A DNA stretch of 62,423 bases from Nemertoderma westbladi. Its lineage: Eukaryota; Animalia; Xenacoelomorpha. The translations under genes were made by a program, and so were the position numbers. Positions 10,849-26,500 of this stretch are shown one piece after another; the first letter of the stretch is position 1, and each line of letters begins with the position of its first letter. The stretch covers positions 1-62,423 of the forward strand of contig JAUCBJ010000041.1 in the NCBI GenBank assembly GCA_032718475.1, written 5' to 3'. Under the pieces are notes generated by a model. The model did not search any database, was not told the DNA's origin, and worked only from the letters and a program-made list of their open reading frames with translations.

Positions 10849-13800
10849 TCGTTAGAATCTCTCAACTTTTCTATATCTCCCACCTACCCCATATCGTTAG
10901 AATCTCCCACCTACCCAATATCGTTAGAATCTCCCACCTACCCAATATCGCTAGAATCTCCCACCTACCCAATATCGTTAGAATCTCCCACCTACCCAAT
11001 ATCGTTAGAGAATCTCCCACCTACCCAATATCGTTAGAATCTCCCACCTACCCAATATCGTTAGAATCTCCCACCTACCCAATATCGTTAGAATCTCCCA
11101 CCTACCCAATATCGTTAGAATCTCCCACCTACCCAATATCGTTAGAATCTCCCACCTACCCAATATCGTTAGAATCTCCCACCTACCCAATATCGTTAGA
11201 ATCTCCCACCTTTTCTATATCTCCCACCTACCCAATATCGTTAGAATCTCACACCTACCCAATATCGTTAGAATCTCCCACCTACCCAATATCGCTAGAA
11301 TCTCCCACCAACCCAATATCGTTAGAATCTCCCACCTTTTCTATATCTCCCACCTACCCAATTTCGTTAGAATCTCCCACCTACCCAATATCGCTAGAAT
11401 CTCCCACCTACCCAATTTCGTTAAGAATCTCCCACCTACCCTATATCGTTAGAATCTCCCACCTACCCAATATCGTTAGAATCTCCAACCTTTTCTATAT
11501 CTCCCACCTACCCATTATCGTTTGAATCTCCCACCTACCCACTATCGTTAGAATCTCCCACCTACCCAATATCGTTAGAATCTCCCACCTACCCACTATC
11601 GTTAGAATCTCCCACCTACCCAATATCGCTAGAATCTCCTACCTACCCAATATCGCTAGAATCTCCAACCTTTTCTATATCTCCCACCTACCCAATATCG
11701 CTAGAATCTCCCACCTACTCAATATCGCTGGAATCTCCTACCTACCCAATATCGCTAGAATCTCCTACCTACCCAATATCGCTAGAATCTCCTACCTTCC
11801 CAATATCGTTTGAATCTCCCACCTACCCAATATCGTTAGAATCTCCCACCTACCCACTATCGTTAGAATCTCCCACCTACCCACTATCGCTAGAATCTCC
11901 CACCTACCCAATATCGTTAGAATCTCCAACCTTTTCTATATCTCCCACCTACCCAATATCGCTAGAATCTCCTACCTACCCAATATCGCTAGAATCTCCT
12001 ACCTACCCAATATCGCTAGAATCTCCTACCTACCCAATATCGTTTGAATCTCCCACCTACCCAATATCGCTAGAATCTCCTACCTTCCCAATATCGTTTG
12101 AATCTCCCACCTACCCAATATCGTTAGAATCTCCCACCTACCCACTATCGTTAGAATCTCCCACCTACCCACTATCGCTAGAATCTCCTACCTACCCAAT
12201 ATCGTTAGAATCTCCAACCTTTTCTATATCTCCCACCTACCCAATATCGTTAGAATCTCCCACCTACCCAATATCGTTAGAATCTCCCACCTACCCAATA
12301 TCGCTAGAATATCCCACCTACCCAATATCGTTAGAATCTCCCACCTACCCAATATCGTTAGAATCTCCCACCTACCCAATATCGTTAGAATCTCCCACCG
12401 ACCCAATATCGCTAGAATCTCCTACCTACCCAATATCGTTTGAATCTCCCACCTACCCAATATCGCTAGAATCTCCTACCTACCCAATATCGCTAGAATC
12501 TCCCACCTACCCAATATCGCTAGAATCTCCCACCTACCCAATATCGTTAGAATCTCCCACCTACCCAATATCGTTAGAATCTCCCACCTACCCAATATCG
12601 TTAGAATCTCCCACCTACCCAATATCGTTAGAATCTCCCACCAACCCAATATCGTTAGAATCTCCGACCTTTTATATATCTCCCACCTACCCAATATCGC
12701 TAGAATCTCCTACCTACCCAGTATCGTTAGAATCTCCCACCTACCCAATATCGTTAGAATCTCCCACCAACCCAATATCGTTAGAATCTCCGACCTTTTC
12801 TATATCTCCCACCTACCCAATATCGCTAGAATCTCCTACCTACCCAGTATCGTTAGAATCTCCCACCTACCCAATATCGTTAGAATCTCCCACCAACCCA
12901 ATATCGCTAGAATCTCCCACCTACCCAATATCGCTAGAATCTCCCACCAACCCAATATCGTTAGAATCTCCCACCTACCCACTATTGTTAGAATCTCCGA
13001 CCTTTTCTATATCTCCCACCTACCCAATATCGTTAGAATCTCCCACCTACCCAATATCGTTAGAATCTCCCACCTACCCAATATCGTTAGAATCTCCCAC
13101 CTACCCAATATCGTTAGAATCTCCCACCTACCCAATATCGTTAGAATCTCCCACCTACCCAATATCGTTAGAATCTCCCACCTACCCACTATCGCTAGAA
13201 TCTCCCACCTACCCAATATCGCTAGAATCTCCCACCTACCCAATATCGTTAGAATCTCCCACCAACCCAATATCGTTAGAATCTCCGACCTTTTCTATAT
13301 CTCCCACCTACCCAATATCGCTAGAATCTCCTACCTACCCAGTATCGTTAGAATCTCCCACCTACCCAATATCGTTAGAATCTCCCACCAACCCAATATC
13401 GTTAGAATCTCCCACCTACCCAATATCGCTAGAATCTCCTACCTACCCAATATCGGTAGAATCTCCCACCTACCCAATATCGTTAGAATCTCCCACCTAC
13501 CCAATATCGTTAGAATCTCCCACCTACCCAATATCGTTAGAATCTCCCACCTACCCAATATCGTTAGAATCTCCCACCTACCCACTATCGTTAGAATCTC
13601 CCACCTACCCAATATCGTTAGAATCTCCCACCTACCCTATATCGTTAGAATCTCCCACCTACCCAATATCGTTAGAATCTCCAACCTTTTCTATATCTCC
13701 CACCTACCCAATATCGCTAGAATCTCCCACCTACCCAATATCGTTAGAATCTCACACCTACCCAATATCGTTAGAATCTCCCACCTACCCAATATCGTTA

Positions 13801-16800
13801 GAATCTCCCACCTACCCACTATCGCTAGAATCTCCCACCTACCCAATATCGCTAGAATCTCCCACCTACCCAATATCGTTAGAATCTCCCACCAACCCAA
13901 TATCGTTAGAATCTCAGACCTTTTCTATATCTCCCACCTACCCAATATCGCTAGAATCTCCTACCTACCCAGTATCGTTAGAATCTCCCACCTACCCAAT
14001 ATCGTTAGAATCTCCCACCAACCCAATATCGTTAGAATCTCCCACCTACCCAATATCGCTAGAATCTCCCACCAACCCAATATCGTTAGAATCTCCCACC
14101 TACCCAATATCGCTAGAATCTCCCACCTACCCAATATCGTTAGAATCTCCCACCAACCCAATATCGTTAGAATCTCCCACCTACCCACTATCGCTAGAAT
14201 CTCCCACCTACCCAATATCGCTAGAATCTCCCACCTACCCAATATCGTTAGAATCTCCCACCAACCCAATATCGTTAGAATCTCCGACCTTTTCTATATC
14301 TCCCACCTACCCAATATCGCTAGAATCTCACACCTACCCAATATCGTTAGAATCTCCCACCTACCCAATATCGTTAGAATCTCCCACCTACCCACTATCG
14401 CTAGAATCTCCCACCTACCCAATATCGCTAGAATCTCCCACCCAATATCGTTAGAATCTCCCACCAACCCAATATCGTTAGAATCTCAGACCTTTTCTAT
14501 ATCTCCCACCTACCCAATATCGCTAGAATCTCCTACCTACCCAGTATCGTTAGAATCTCCCACCTACCCAATATCGTTAGAATCTCCCACCAACCCAATA
14601 TCGTTAGAATCTCCCACCTACCCAATATCGCTAGAATCTCCCACCAACCCAATATCGTTAGAATCTCCCACCTACCCAATATCGCTAGAATCTCCCACCT
14701 ACCCAATATCGTTAGAATCTCCCACCAACCCAATATCGTTAGAATCTCCCACCTACCCACTATCGCTAGAATCTCCCACCTACCCAATATCGCTAGAATC
14801 TCCCACCTACCCAATATCGTTAGAATCTCCCACCAACCCAATATCGTTAGAATCTCCGACCTTTTCTATATCTCCCACCTACCCAATATCGCTAGAATCT
14901 CCTACCTACCCAGTATCGTTAGAATCTCCCACCTACCCAATATCGTTAGAATCTCCCACCAACCCAATATCGTTAGAATCTCCCACCTACCCAATATCGT
15001 TAGAATCTCCCACCTACCCAATATCGTTAGAATCTCCCACCAACCCAATATCGTTAGAATCTCCCACCTACCCAATATCGCTAGAATCTCCCACCAACCC
15101 AATATCGTTAGAATCTCCCACCTACCCAATATCGTTAGAATCTCCCACCTACCCAATATCGCTAGAATCTCCCACCTACCCAATATCGTTAGAATCTCCC
15201 ACCAACCCAATATCGTTAGAATCTCCCACCTACCCAGTATCGTTAGAATCTCCCACCTAGCCAATATCATTAGAATCTCCCACCTACCCAATATCGTTAG
15301 AATCTCCCACCTACCCAGTATCGTTAGAATCTCCCACCTACCCAATATCGTTAGAATCTCCCACCAACCCAATATCGTTAGAATCTCCCACCTACCCAAT
15401 ATCGCTAGAATCTCCCACCAACCCAATATCGTTAGAATCTCCCACCTACCCAATATCGCTAGAATCTCCCACCTACCCAATATCGTTAGAATCTCCCACC
15501 AACCCAATATCGTTAGAATCTCCTACCTACCCAGTATCGTTAGAATCTCCCACCTACCCAATATCGTTAGAATCTCCCACCAACCCAATATCGTTAGAAT
15601 CTCCCACCTACCCAATATCGTTAGAATCTCCCACCTACCCACTATCGTTAGAATCTCCCACCTACCCAATATCGTTAGAATCTCCAACCTTTTCTATATC
15701 TCCCACCTACCCAATATCGCTAGAATCTCCCACCTACCCAATATCGTTAGAATCTCACACCTACCCAATATCGTTAGAATCTCCCACCTACCCAATATCG
15801 TTAGAATCTCCCACCTACCCACTATCGCTAGAATCTCCCACCTACCCAATATCGCTAGAATCTCCCACCTACCCAATATCGTTAGAATCTCCCACCAACC
15901 CAATATCGTTAGAATCTCAGACCTTTTCTATATCTCCCACCTACCCAATATCGCTAGAATCTCCTACCTACCCAGTATCGTTAGAATCTCCCACCTACCC
16001 AATATCGTTAGAATCTCCCACCAACCCAATATCGTTAGAATCTCCCACCTACCCAATATCGCTAGAATCTCCCACCAACCCAATATCGTTAGAATCTCCC
16101 ACCTACCCAATATCGCTAGAATCTCCCACCTACCCAATATCGTTAGAATCTCCCACCAACCCAATATCGTTAGAATCTCCCACCTACCCACTATCGCTAG
16201 AATCTCCCACCTACCCAATATCGCTAGAATCTCCCACCTACCCAATATCGTTAGAATCTCCCACCAACCCAATATCGTTAGAATCTCCGACCTTTTCTAT
16301 ATCTCCCACCTACCCAATATCGCTAGAATCTCCTACCTACCCAGTATCGTTAGAATCTCCTACCTACCCAATATCGCTAGAATCTCCAACCTTTTCTATA
16401 TCTCCCACCTACCCAATATCGCTAGAATCTCCCACCTACTCAATATCGCTGGAATCTCCTACCTACCCAATATCGCTAGAATCTCCTACCTACCCAATAT
16501 CGCTAGAATCTCCTACCTTCCCAATATCGTTTGAATCTCCCACCTACCCAATATCGTTAGAATCTCCCACCTACCCACTATCGTTAGAATCTCCCACCTA
16601 CCCACTATCGCTAGAATCTCCCACCTACCCAATATCGTTAGAATCTCCAACCTTTTCTATATCTCCCACCTACCCAATATCGCTAGAATCTCCTACCTAC
16701 CCAATATCGCTAGAATCTCCTACCTACCCAATATCGCTAGAATCTCCTACCTACCCAATATCGTTTGAATCTCCCACCTACCCAATATCGCTAGAATCTC

Positions 16801-19800
16801 CTACCTTCCCAATATCGTTTGAATCTCCCACCTACCCAATATCGTTAGAATCTCCCACCTACCCACTATCGTTAGAATCTCCCACCTACCCACTATCGCT
16901 AGAATCTCCTACCTACCCAATATCGTTAGAATCTCCAACCTTTTCTATATCTCCCACCTACCCAATATCGTTAGAATCTCCCACCTACCCAATATCGTTA
17001 GAATCTCCCACCTACCCAATATCGCTAGAATATCCCACCTACCCAATATCGTTAGAATCTCCCACCTACCCAATATCGTTAGAATCTCCCACCTACCCAA
17101 TATCGTTAGAATCTCCCACCGACCCAATATCGCTAGAATCTCCTACCTACCCAATATCGTTTGAATCTCCCACCTACCCAATATCGCTAGAATCTCCTAC
17201 CTACCCAATATCGCTAGAATCTCCCACCTACCCAATATCGCTAGAATCTCCCACCTACCCAATATCGTTAGAATCTCCCACCTACCCAATATCGTTAGAA
17301 TCTCCCACCTACCCAATATCGTTAGAATCTCCCACCTACCCAATATCGTTAGAATCTCCCACCAACCCAATATCGTTAGAATCTCCGACCTTTTATATAT
17401 CTCCCACCTACCCAATATCGCTAGAATCTCCTACCTACCCAGTATCGTTAGAATCTCCCACCTACCCAATATCGTTAGAATCTCCCACCAACCCAATATC
17501 GTTAGAATCTCCGACCTTTTCTATATCTCCCACCTACCCAATATCGCTAGAATCTCCTACCTACCCAGTATCGTTAGAATCTCCCACCTACCCAATATCG
17601 TTAGAATCTCCCACCAACCCAATATCGCTAGAATCTCCCACCTACCCAATATCGCTAGAATCTCCCACCAACCCAATATCGTTAGAATCTCCCACCTACC
17701 CACTATTGTTAGAATCTCCGACCTTTTCTATATCTCCCACCTACCCAATATCGTTAGAATCTCCCACCTACCCAATATCGTTAGAATCTCCCACCTACCC
17801 AATATCGTTAGAATCTCCCACCTACCCAATATCGTTAGAATCTCCCACCTACCCAATATCGTTAGAATCTCCCACCTACCCAATATCGTTAGAATCTCCC
17901 ACCTACCCACTATCGCTAGAATCTCCCACCTACCCAATATCGCTAGAATCTCCCACCTACCCAATATCGTTAGAATCTCCCACCAACCCAATATCGTTAG
18001 AATCTCCGACCTTTTCTATATCTCCCACCTACCCAATATCGCTAGAATCTCCTACCTACCCAGTATCGTTAGAATCTCCCACCTACCCAATATCGTTAGA
18101 ATCTCCCACCAACCCAATATCGTTAGAATCTCCCACCTACCCAATATCGCTAGAATCTCCTACCTACCCAATATCGGTAGAATCTCCCACCTACCCAATA
18201 TCGTTAGAATCTCCCACCTACCCAATATCGTTAGAATCTCCCACCTACCCAATATCGTTAGAATCTCCCACCTACCCAATATCGTTAGAATCTCCCACCT
18301 ACCCACTATCGTTAGAATCTCCCACCTACCCAATATCGTTAGAATCTCCCACCTACCCTATATCGTTAGAATCTCCCACCTACCCAATATCGTTAGAATC
18401 TCCAACCTTTTCTATATCTCCCACCTACCCAATATCGCTAGAATCTCCCACCTACCCAATATCGTTAGAATCTCACACCTACCCAATATCGTTAGAATCT
18501 CCCACCTACCCAATATCGTTAGAATCTCCCACCTACCCACTATCGCTAGAATCTCCCACCTACCCAATATCGCTAGAATCTCCCACCTACCCAATATCGT
18601 TAGAATCTCCCACCAACCCAATATCGTTAGAATCTCAGACCTTTTCTATATCTCCCACCTACCCAATATCGCTAGAATCTCCTACCTACCCAGTATCGTT
18701 AGAATCTCCCACCTACCCAATATCGTTAGAATCTCCCACCAACCCAATATCGTTAGAATCTCCCACCTACCCAATATCGCTAGAATCTCCCACCAACCCA
18801 ATATCGTTAGAATCTCCCACCTACCCAATATCGCTAGAATCTCCCACCTACCCAATATCGTTAGAATCTCCCACCAACCCAATATCGTTAGAATCTCCCA
18901 CCTACCCACTATCGCTAGAATCTCCCACCTACCCAATATCGCTAGAATCTCCCACCTACCCAATATCGTTAGAATCTCCCACCAACCCAATATCGTTAGA
19001 ATCTCCGACCTTTTCTATATCTCCCACCTACCCAATATCGCTAGAATCTCACACCTACCCAATATCGTTAGAATCTCCCACCTACCCAATATCGTTAGAA
19101 TCTCCCACCTACCCACTATCGCTAGAATCTCCCACCTACCCAATATCGCTAGAATCTCCCACCCAATATCGTTAGAATCTCCCACCAACCCAATATCGTT
19201 AGAATCTCAGACCTTTTCTATATCTCCCACCTACCCAATATCGCTAGAATCTCCTACCTACCCAGTATCGTTAGAATCTCCCACCTACCCAATATCGTTA
19301 GAATCTCCCACCAACCCAATATCGTTAGAATCTCCCACCTACCCAATATCGCTAGAATCTCCCACCAACCCAATATCGTTAGAATCTCCCACCTACCCAA
19401 TATCGCTAGAATCTCCCACCTACCCAATATCGTTAGAATCTCCCACCAACCCAATATCGTTAGAATCTCCCACCTACCCACTATCGCTAGAATCTCCCAC
19501 CTACCCAATATCGCTAGAATCTCCCACCTACCCAATATCGTTAGAATCTCCCACCAACCCAATATCGTTAGAATCTCCGACCTTTTCTATATCTCCCACC
19601 TACCCAATATCGCTAGAATCTCCTACCTACCCAGTATCGTTAGAATCTCCCACCTACCCAATATCGTTAGAATCTCCCACCAACCCAATATCGTTAGAAT
19701 CTCCCACCTACCCAATATCGTTAGAATCTCCCACCTACCCAATATCGTTAGAATCTCCCACCAACCCAATATCGTTAGAATCTCCCACCTACCCAATATC

Positions 19801-22800
19801 GCTAGAATCTCCCACCAACCCAATATCGTTAGAATCTCCCACCTACCCAATATCGTTAGAATCTCCCACCTACCCAATATCGCTAGAATCTCCCACCTAC
19901 CCAATATCGTTAGAATCTCCCACCAACCCAATATCGTTAGAATCTCCCACCTACCCAGTATCGTTAGAATCTCCCACCTAGCCAATATCATTAGAATCTC
20001 CCACCTACCCAATATCGTTAGAATCTCCCACCTACCCAGTATCGTTAGAATCTCCCACCTACCCAATATCGTTAGAATCTCCCACCAACCCAATATCGTT
20101 AGAATCTCCCACCTACCCAATATCGCTAGAATCTCCCACCAACCCAATATCGTTAGAATCTCCCACCTACCCAATATCGCTAGAATCTCCCACCTACCCA
20201 ATATCGTTAGAATCTCCCACCAACCCAATATCGTTAGAATCTCCTACCTACCCAGTATCGTTAGAATCTCCCACCTACCCAATATCGTTAGAATCTCCCA
20301 CCAACCCAATATCGTTAGAATCTCCCACCTACCCAATATCGTTAGAATCTCCCACCTACCCACTATCGTTAGAATCTCCCACCTACCCAATATCGTTAGA
20401 ATCTCCAACCTTTTCTATATCTCCCACCTACCCAATATCGCTAGAATCTCCCACCTACCCAATATCGTTAGAATCTCACACCTACCCAATATCGTTAGAA
20501 TCTCCCACCTACCCAATATCGTTAGAATCTCCCACCTACCCACTATCGCTAGAATCTCCCACCTACCCAATATCGCTAGAATCTCCCACCCAATATCGTT
20601 AGAATCTCCCACCAACCCAATATCGTTAGAATCTCAGACCTTTTCTATATCTCCCACCTACCCAATATCGCTAGAATCTCCTACCTACCCAGTATCGTTA
20701 GAATCTCCCACCTACCCAATATCGTTAGAATCTCCCACCAACCCAATATCGTTAGAATCTCCCACCTACCCAATATCGCTAGAATCTCCCACCAACCCAA
20801 TATCGTTAGAATCTCCCACCTACCCAATATCGCTAGAATCTCCCACCTACCCAATATCGTTAGAATCTCCCACCAACCCAATATCGTTAGAATCTCCCAC
20901 CTACCCACTATCGCTAGAATCTCCCACCTACCCAATATCGCTAGAATCTCCCACCTACCCAATATCGTTAGAATCTCCCACCAACCCAATATCGTTAGAA
21001 TCTCCGACCTTTTCTATATCTCCCACCTACCCAATATCGCTAGAATCTCCTACCTACCCAGTATCGTTAGAATCTCCCACCTACCCAATATCGTTAGAAT
21101 CTCCCACCAACCCAATATCGTTAGAATCTCCCACCTACCCAATATCGTTAGAATCTCCCACCTACCCAATATCGTTAGAATCTCCCACCAACCCAATATC
21201 GTTAGAATCTCCCACCTACCCAATATCGCTAGAATCTCCCACCAACCCAATATCGTTAGAATCTCCCACCTACCCAATATCGTTAGAATCTCCCACCTAC
21301 CCAATATCGCTAGAATCTCCCACCTACCCAATATCGTTAGAATCTCCCACCAACCCAATATCGTTAGAATCTCCCACCTACCCAGTATCGTTAGAATCTC
21401 CCACCTAGCCAATATCATTAGAATCTCCCACCTACCCAATATCGTTAGAATCTCCCACCTACCCAGTATCGTTAGAATCTCCCACCTACCCAATATCGTT
21501 AGAATCTCCCACCAACCCAATATCGTTAGAATCTCCCACCTACCCAATATCGCTAGAATCTCCCACCAACCCAATATCGTTAGAATCTCCCACCTACCCA
21601 ATATCGCTAGAATCTCCCACCTACCCAATATCGTTAGAATCTCCCACCAACCCAATATCGTTAGAATCTCCTACCTACCCAGTATCGTTAGAATCTCCCA
21701 CCTACCCAATATCGTTAGAATCTCCCACCAACCCAATATCGTTAGAATCTCCCACCTACCCAATATCGTTAGAATCTCCCACCTACCCACTATCGTTAGA
21801 ATCTCCCACCTACCCAATATCGTTAGAATCTCCAACCTTTTCTATATCTCCCACCTACCCAATATCGCTAGAATCTCCCACCTACCCAATATCGTTAGAA
21901 TCTCACACCTACCCAATATCGTTAGAATCTCCCACCTACCCAATATCGTTAGAATCTCCCACCTACCCACTATCGCTAGAATCTCCCACCTACCCAATAT
22001 CGCTAGAATCTCCCACCTACCCAATATCGTTAGAATCTCCCACCAACCCAATATCGTTAGAATCTCAGACCTTTTCTATATCTCCCACCTACCCAATATC
22101 GCTAGAATCTCCTACCTACCCAGTATCGTTAGAATCTCCCACCTACCCAATATCGTTAGAATCTCCCACCAACCCAATATCGTTAGAATCTCCCACCTAC
22201 CCAATATCGCTAGAATCTCCCACCAACCCAATATCGTTAGAATCTCCCACCTACCCAATATCGCTAGAATCTCCCACCTACCCAATATCGTTAGAATCTC
22301 CCACCAACCCAATATCGTTAGAATCTCCCACCTACCCACTATCGCTAGAATCTCCCACCTACCCAATATCGCTAGAATCTCCCACCTACCCAATATCGTT
22401 AGAATCTCCCACCAACCCAATATCGTTAGAATCTCCGACCTTTTCTATATCTCCCACCTACCCAATATCGCTAGAATCTCACACCTACCCAATATCGTTA
22501 GAATCTCCCACCTACCCAATATCGTTAGAATCTCCCACCTACCCACTATCGCTAGAATCTCCCACCTACCCAATATCGCTAGAATCTCCCACCCAATATC
22601 GTTAGAATCTCCCACCAACCCAATATCGTTAGAATCTCAGACCTTTTCTATATCTCCCACCTACCCAATATCGCTAGAATCTCCTACCTACCCAGTATCG
22701 TTAGAATCTCCCACCTACCCAATATCGTTAGAATCTCCCACCAACCCAATATCGTTAGAATCTCCCACCTACCCAATATCGCTAGAATCTCCCACCAACC

Positions 22801-24296
22801 CAATATCGTTAGAATCTCCCACCTACCCAATATCGCTAGAATCTCCCACCTACCCAATATCGTTAGAATCTCCCACCAACCCAATATCGTTAGAATCTCC
22901 CACCTACCCACTATCGCTAGAATCTCCCACCTACCCAATATCGCTAGAATCTCCCACCTACCCAATATCGTTAGAATCTCCCACCAACCCAATATCGTTA
23001 GAATCTCCGACCTTTTCTATATCTCCCACCTACCCAATATCGCTAGAATCTCCTACCTACCCAGTATCGTTAGAATCTCCCACCTACCCAATATCGTTAG
23101 AATCTCCCACCAACCCAATATCGTTAGAATCTCCCACCTACCCAATATCGTTAGAATCTCCCACCTACCCAATATCGTTAGAATCTCCCACCAACCCAAT
23201 ATCGTTAGAATCTCCCACCTACCCAATATCGCTAGAATCTCCCACCAACCCAATATCGTTAGAATCTCCCACCTACCCAATATCGTTAGAATCTCCCACC
23301 TACCCAATATCGCTAGAATCTCCCACCTACCCAATATCGTTAGAATCTCCCACCAACCCAATATCGTTAGAATCTCCCACCTACCCAGTATCGTTAGAAT
23401 CTCCCACCTAGCCAATATCATTAGAATCTCCCACCTACCCAATATCGTTAGAATCTCCCACCTACCCAGTATCGTTAGAATCTCCCACCTACCCAATATC
23501 GTTAGAATCTCCCACCAACCCAATATCGTTAGAATCTCCCACCTACCCAATATCGCTAGAATCTCCCACCAACCCAATATCGTTAGAATCTCCCACCTAC
23601 CCAATATCGCTAGAATCTCCCACCTACCCAATATCGTTAGAATCTCCCACCAACCCAATATCGTTAGAATCTCCTACCTACCCAGTATCGTTAGAATCTC
23701 CCACCTACCCAATATCGTTAGAATCTCCCACCAACCCAATATCGTTAGAATCTCCCACCTACCCAATATCGTTAGAATCTCCCACCTACCCACTATCGTT
23801 AGAATCTCCCACCTAGCCAATATCATTAGAATCTCCCACCTACCCAATATCGTTAGAATCTCCTACCTACCCACTATCGTTAGAATCTCCCACCTACCCA
23901 ATATCATTAGAATCTCCCACCTACCCAATATCGTTAGAATCTCCCACCTACCCACTATCGTTAGAATCTCCCACCTACCCAATATCGCTAGAATCTCCCA
24001 CCTACCCAATATCGTTAGAATCTCCCACCTACCCAATATCGTTAGAATCTCCCACCTACCCAATATCGCTAGAATCTCCCACCTACCCAATATCGTTAGA
24101 ATCTCCCACCTACCCAATATCGCTAGAATCTCCCACCTACCCACTATCGTTAGAATCTCCCACCTACCCAATATCGTTAGAATCTCCCACATTTTCTATA
24201 TTTATGGAATCTCCCACCTACCCAATATCGTTAGAATCTCCCACCTACCCAACATCGTTAGAATTTCCAACCTTTTCTATATTGATGGAATCTCCC
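10849..24296. repeat. 27-bp satellite (GAATCTCCCACCTACCCAATATCG[T/C]TA), roughly 500 units with interspersed 18-bp variants and higher-order repeats
   Basis: Direct reading; identical ORF-track blocks recur at offsets 572, 1427, 2003 and 4721 bp. Confidence 0.98.
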
Positions 24297-25398
24297 GTAC
24301 TTTCAATCCCTACCACGTCGTGAGATCGCTTCATTGCTCTGTATGTTCCTCTTTCTCCATATGTCCGCGCCAAAGTCACACAATCTCCCGGCGTTATTCT
24401 CATTTATAAATATCCGAAGGATCACTTTAATTAAGTTTATTAATTTAGCTATTTGATATTATATTTTTTTTATTAAATTGACAAGGTCGCTATGGTGACA
24501 TTTCTGTCACACATTTTTGTTATTACGAAGGTGATCGAGAAAAAAATGCATTAAACAAATTGGAAATACGAATTAATAATTATTTATTTGCATGGTAAAT
24601 AATGTAGAACCTTATTTTCAGTATACCTGAGATATTTTATTTACCGAGCATAGCGAGGTTAATAAAGCATTGAAAGCATAGTGAAACTAATGTTCTACCT
24701 ACACATTATTTTTTTCCCTCCGACATACATACTTATTTAGCCAGAGTTAGTAATATGTCCATCATATGCCGGTTAATAGTGTATTATGTTTGTTTACATG
24801 TACAATGTTAATTACCCCCCCCCCCCCCCCCCCCCCCCACGGGGCAAGTTGTTTCGGCAACAGTTGCTGGACACCTCACCCACGACACTTTTGCTGCGCA
24901 ATGTTTCAGAGTGTGTCCATTATGTTTCTGAATGTGTCTGAGTGTGTTATTAATGTACTGTTTCTTGCTGACCCCGCCCCTCAGACAGACAGGGCAACCT
25001 TCGCTTCAGAAGCTCAAATTATATACCATCACCTCCAGGTGATTCGTAGTTTCTCTGATGGATAATACGAAATTTGAAAATAAAGAAGATCAGCTGGTTA
25101 TGTAAGAATTTTGTACTGAATATACCAACATATCATTCGTTCAAATTTTACCAGAATAATATAAATGGCATATCTTTAGAATTCTTAGACCAAACCATGG
25201 ATAATGTTTGTCAACGTAAATAGTAACACCTGTATCGAACCAAATTAATCCATAATAAAGCAATATTATATACTTTTAATATAACGTTTTTCCTGTATAT
25301 TATTTATTAACTTCTCAGAAAATCATTGAAACTAATTTAAACCGCAGACTTACAACAAACCAGACAATCAACACTACCAACTCCTACATCCGAGTCTA

Positions 25399-25767
25399 TT
25401 AATCGTCAGCCTTATCCTTAGAGCCCTCGACTTTAGGGTTCCTCGTATAGATAATTTGCTGTCTGTGATGGACAATGAGTCTGATGAGTCCCCTCTCATG
25501 TAGTTCCCGTAGCCCGATACGCGCCAACGAGCCGTTTATCTTCAGACGTTCGCTGACAACCGAAGGCGTAATGAGTTTGTAGGTTGGGACCTCTTTAACC
25601 ATCTTATCGTAGGTGGCCGTGTCGAAGAGGATTAGGTTGTTGAGCTTCTCCCGAACTTTCCCTTTACTCCACTTCTTCTTCTTGGCCTTCCCTCCTGACT
25701 TTGACGCGGCTTGCGCTTTGGCGGCAGCTTGCGTTTGAGCTGTCTTCCCTTTACTTACAGGAGGCAT
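25399..25767 (-). CDS. RPS25: 40S ribosomal protein S25 (eS25), intronless CDS
   Basis: [40 protein letters not shown] and QIIYTR motifs; AATAAA on the minus strand near 25302-25307. Confidence 0.97.
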   Translation of the reverse strand: MPPVSKGKTAQTQAAAKAQAASKSGGKAKKKKWSKGKVREKLNNLILFDTATYDKMVKEVPTYKLITPSVVSERLKINGSLARIGLRELHERGLIRLIVHHRQQIIYTRNPKVEGSKDKADD

Positions 25768-26500
25768 TCTCGGATACGATTGATTTAGATGTACTGGTAA
25801 TACCGTATATAATTACCGTATATATATAAGAAAATAAAACTTTCAAACTACCGGTACCGGTATCTGTCTATCGTGAACTAGCCTAGCTGCCTAGTCTAAT
25901 ACTAGTCTATAACTCGGTACCGGCTGACCGGTAGCTTTTTTTAAGCAAGTGCAATTCAATTAGTTAGGCCTAGTCCTTATATTCCAAGGGCGCTACGGAT
26001 ACGTTACCGCAATACAGATGCCTGGCAGCCTGGTGTGATGTTCAGGCATCAGACGTTGCTGAATTGTGTTAGATGATAAATGCAGAAATGTGAGATGACA
26101 TGTTTGCATGGTTGTTAGTCTCATAAGCCATCCGCCTGTGCCCGCTGCAGCTACATACCGGTACCTACCTGCCTACTGCTGTACTGGCTATGGCTATTGA
26201 CAAATCCTACACTCATATCAAGTATTGAAGTAGTGAAGTATCAACCAGTCGCGCAGTGGGCCTGGGCAGTCGTTCATCGAAGAACGAAATGCTGAAATGC
26301 ACTGCTGTAAGTCAGTAAGTGCAGAAGTGCAATACTGCAGTCGTCAGGCTGTCAGCGTCAGGGCTCCGGTTCCGCGACATGATTCTACTAAACTGCTAAA
26401 CCTGTAAACTGCCCTGGCTGCTGGGCTGCCTGGCAGTGGCAGGGGTAGGCCTAGCGATGTTCGGTCGCGGTCGGTCTGTCAGTCTGCAGGTCTGTCAGTG

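Noticed and set aside
11005-24192. Many WEILTILGR minus-strand ORFs and two 489-aa plus-strand ORFs
   Set aside because: Products of a 27-bp repeat, with non-ATG starts and stops or frameshifts amplified with the array; not called as genes.
10849-24296. Telomeric repeat interpretation of the C-rich array
   Set aside because: Interstitial, flanked by unique DNA and genes on both sides, and not a known short telomere unit.
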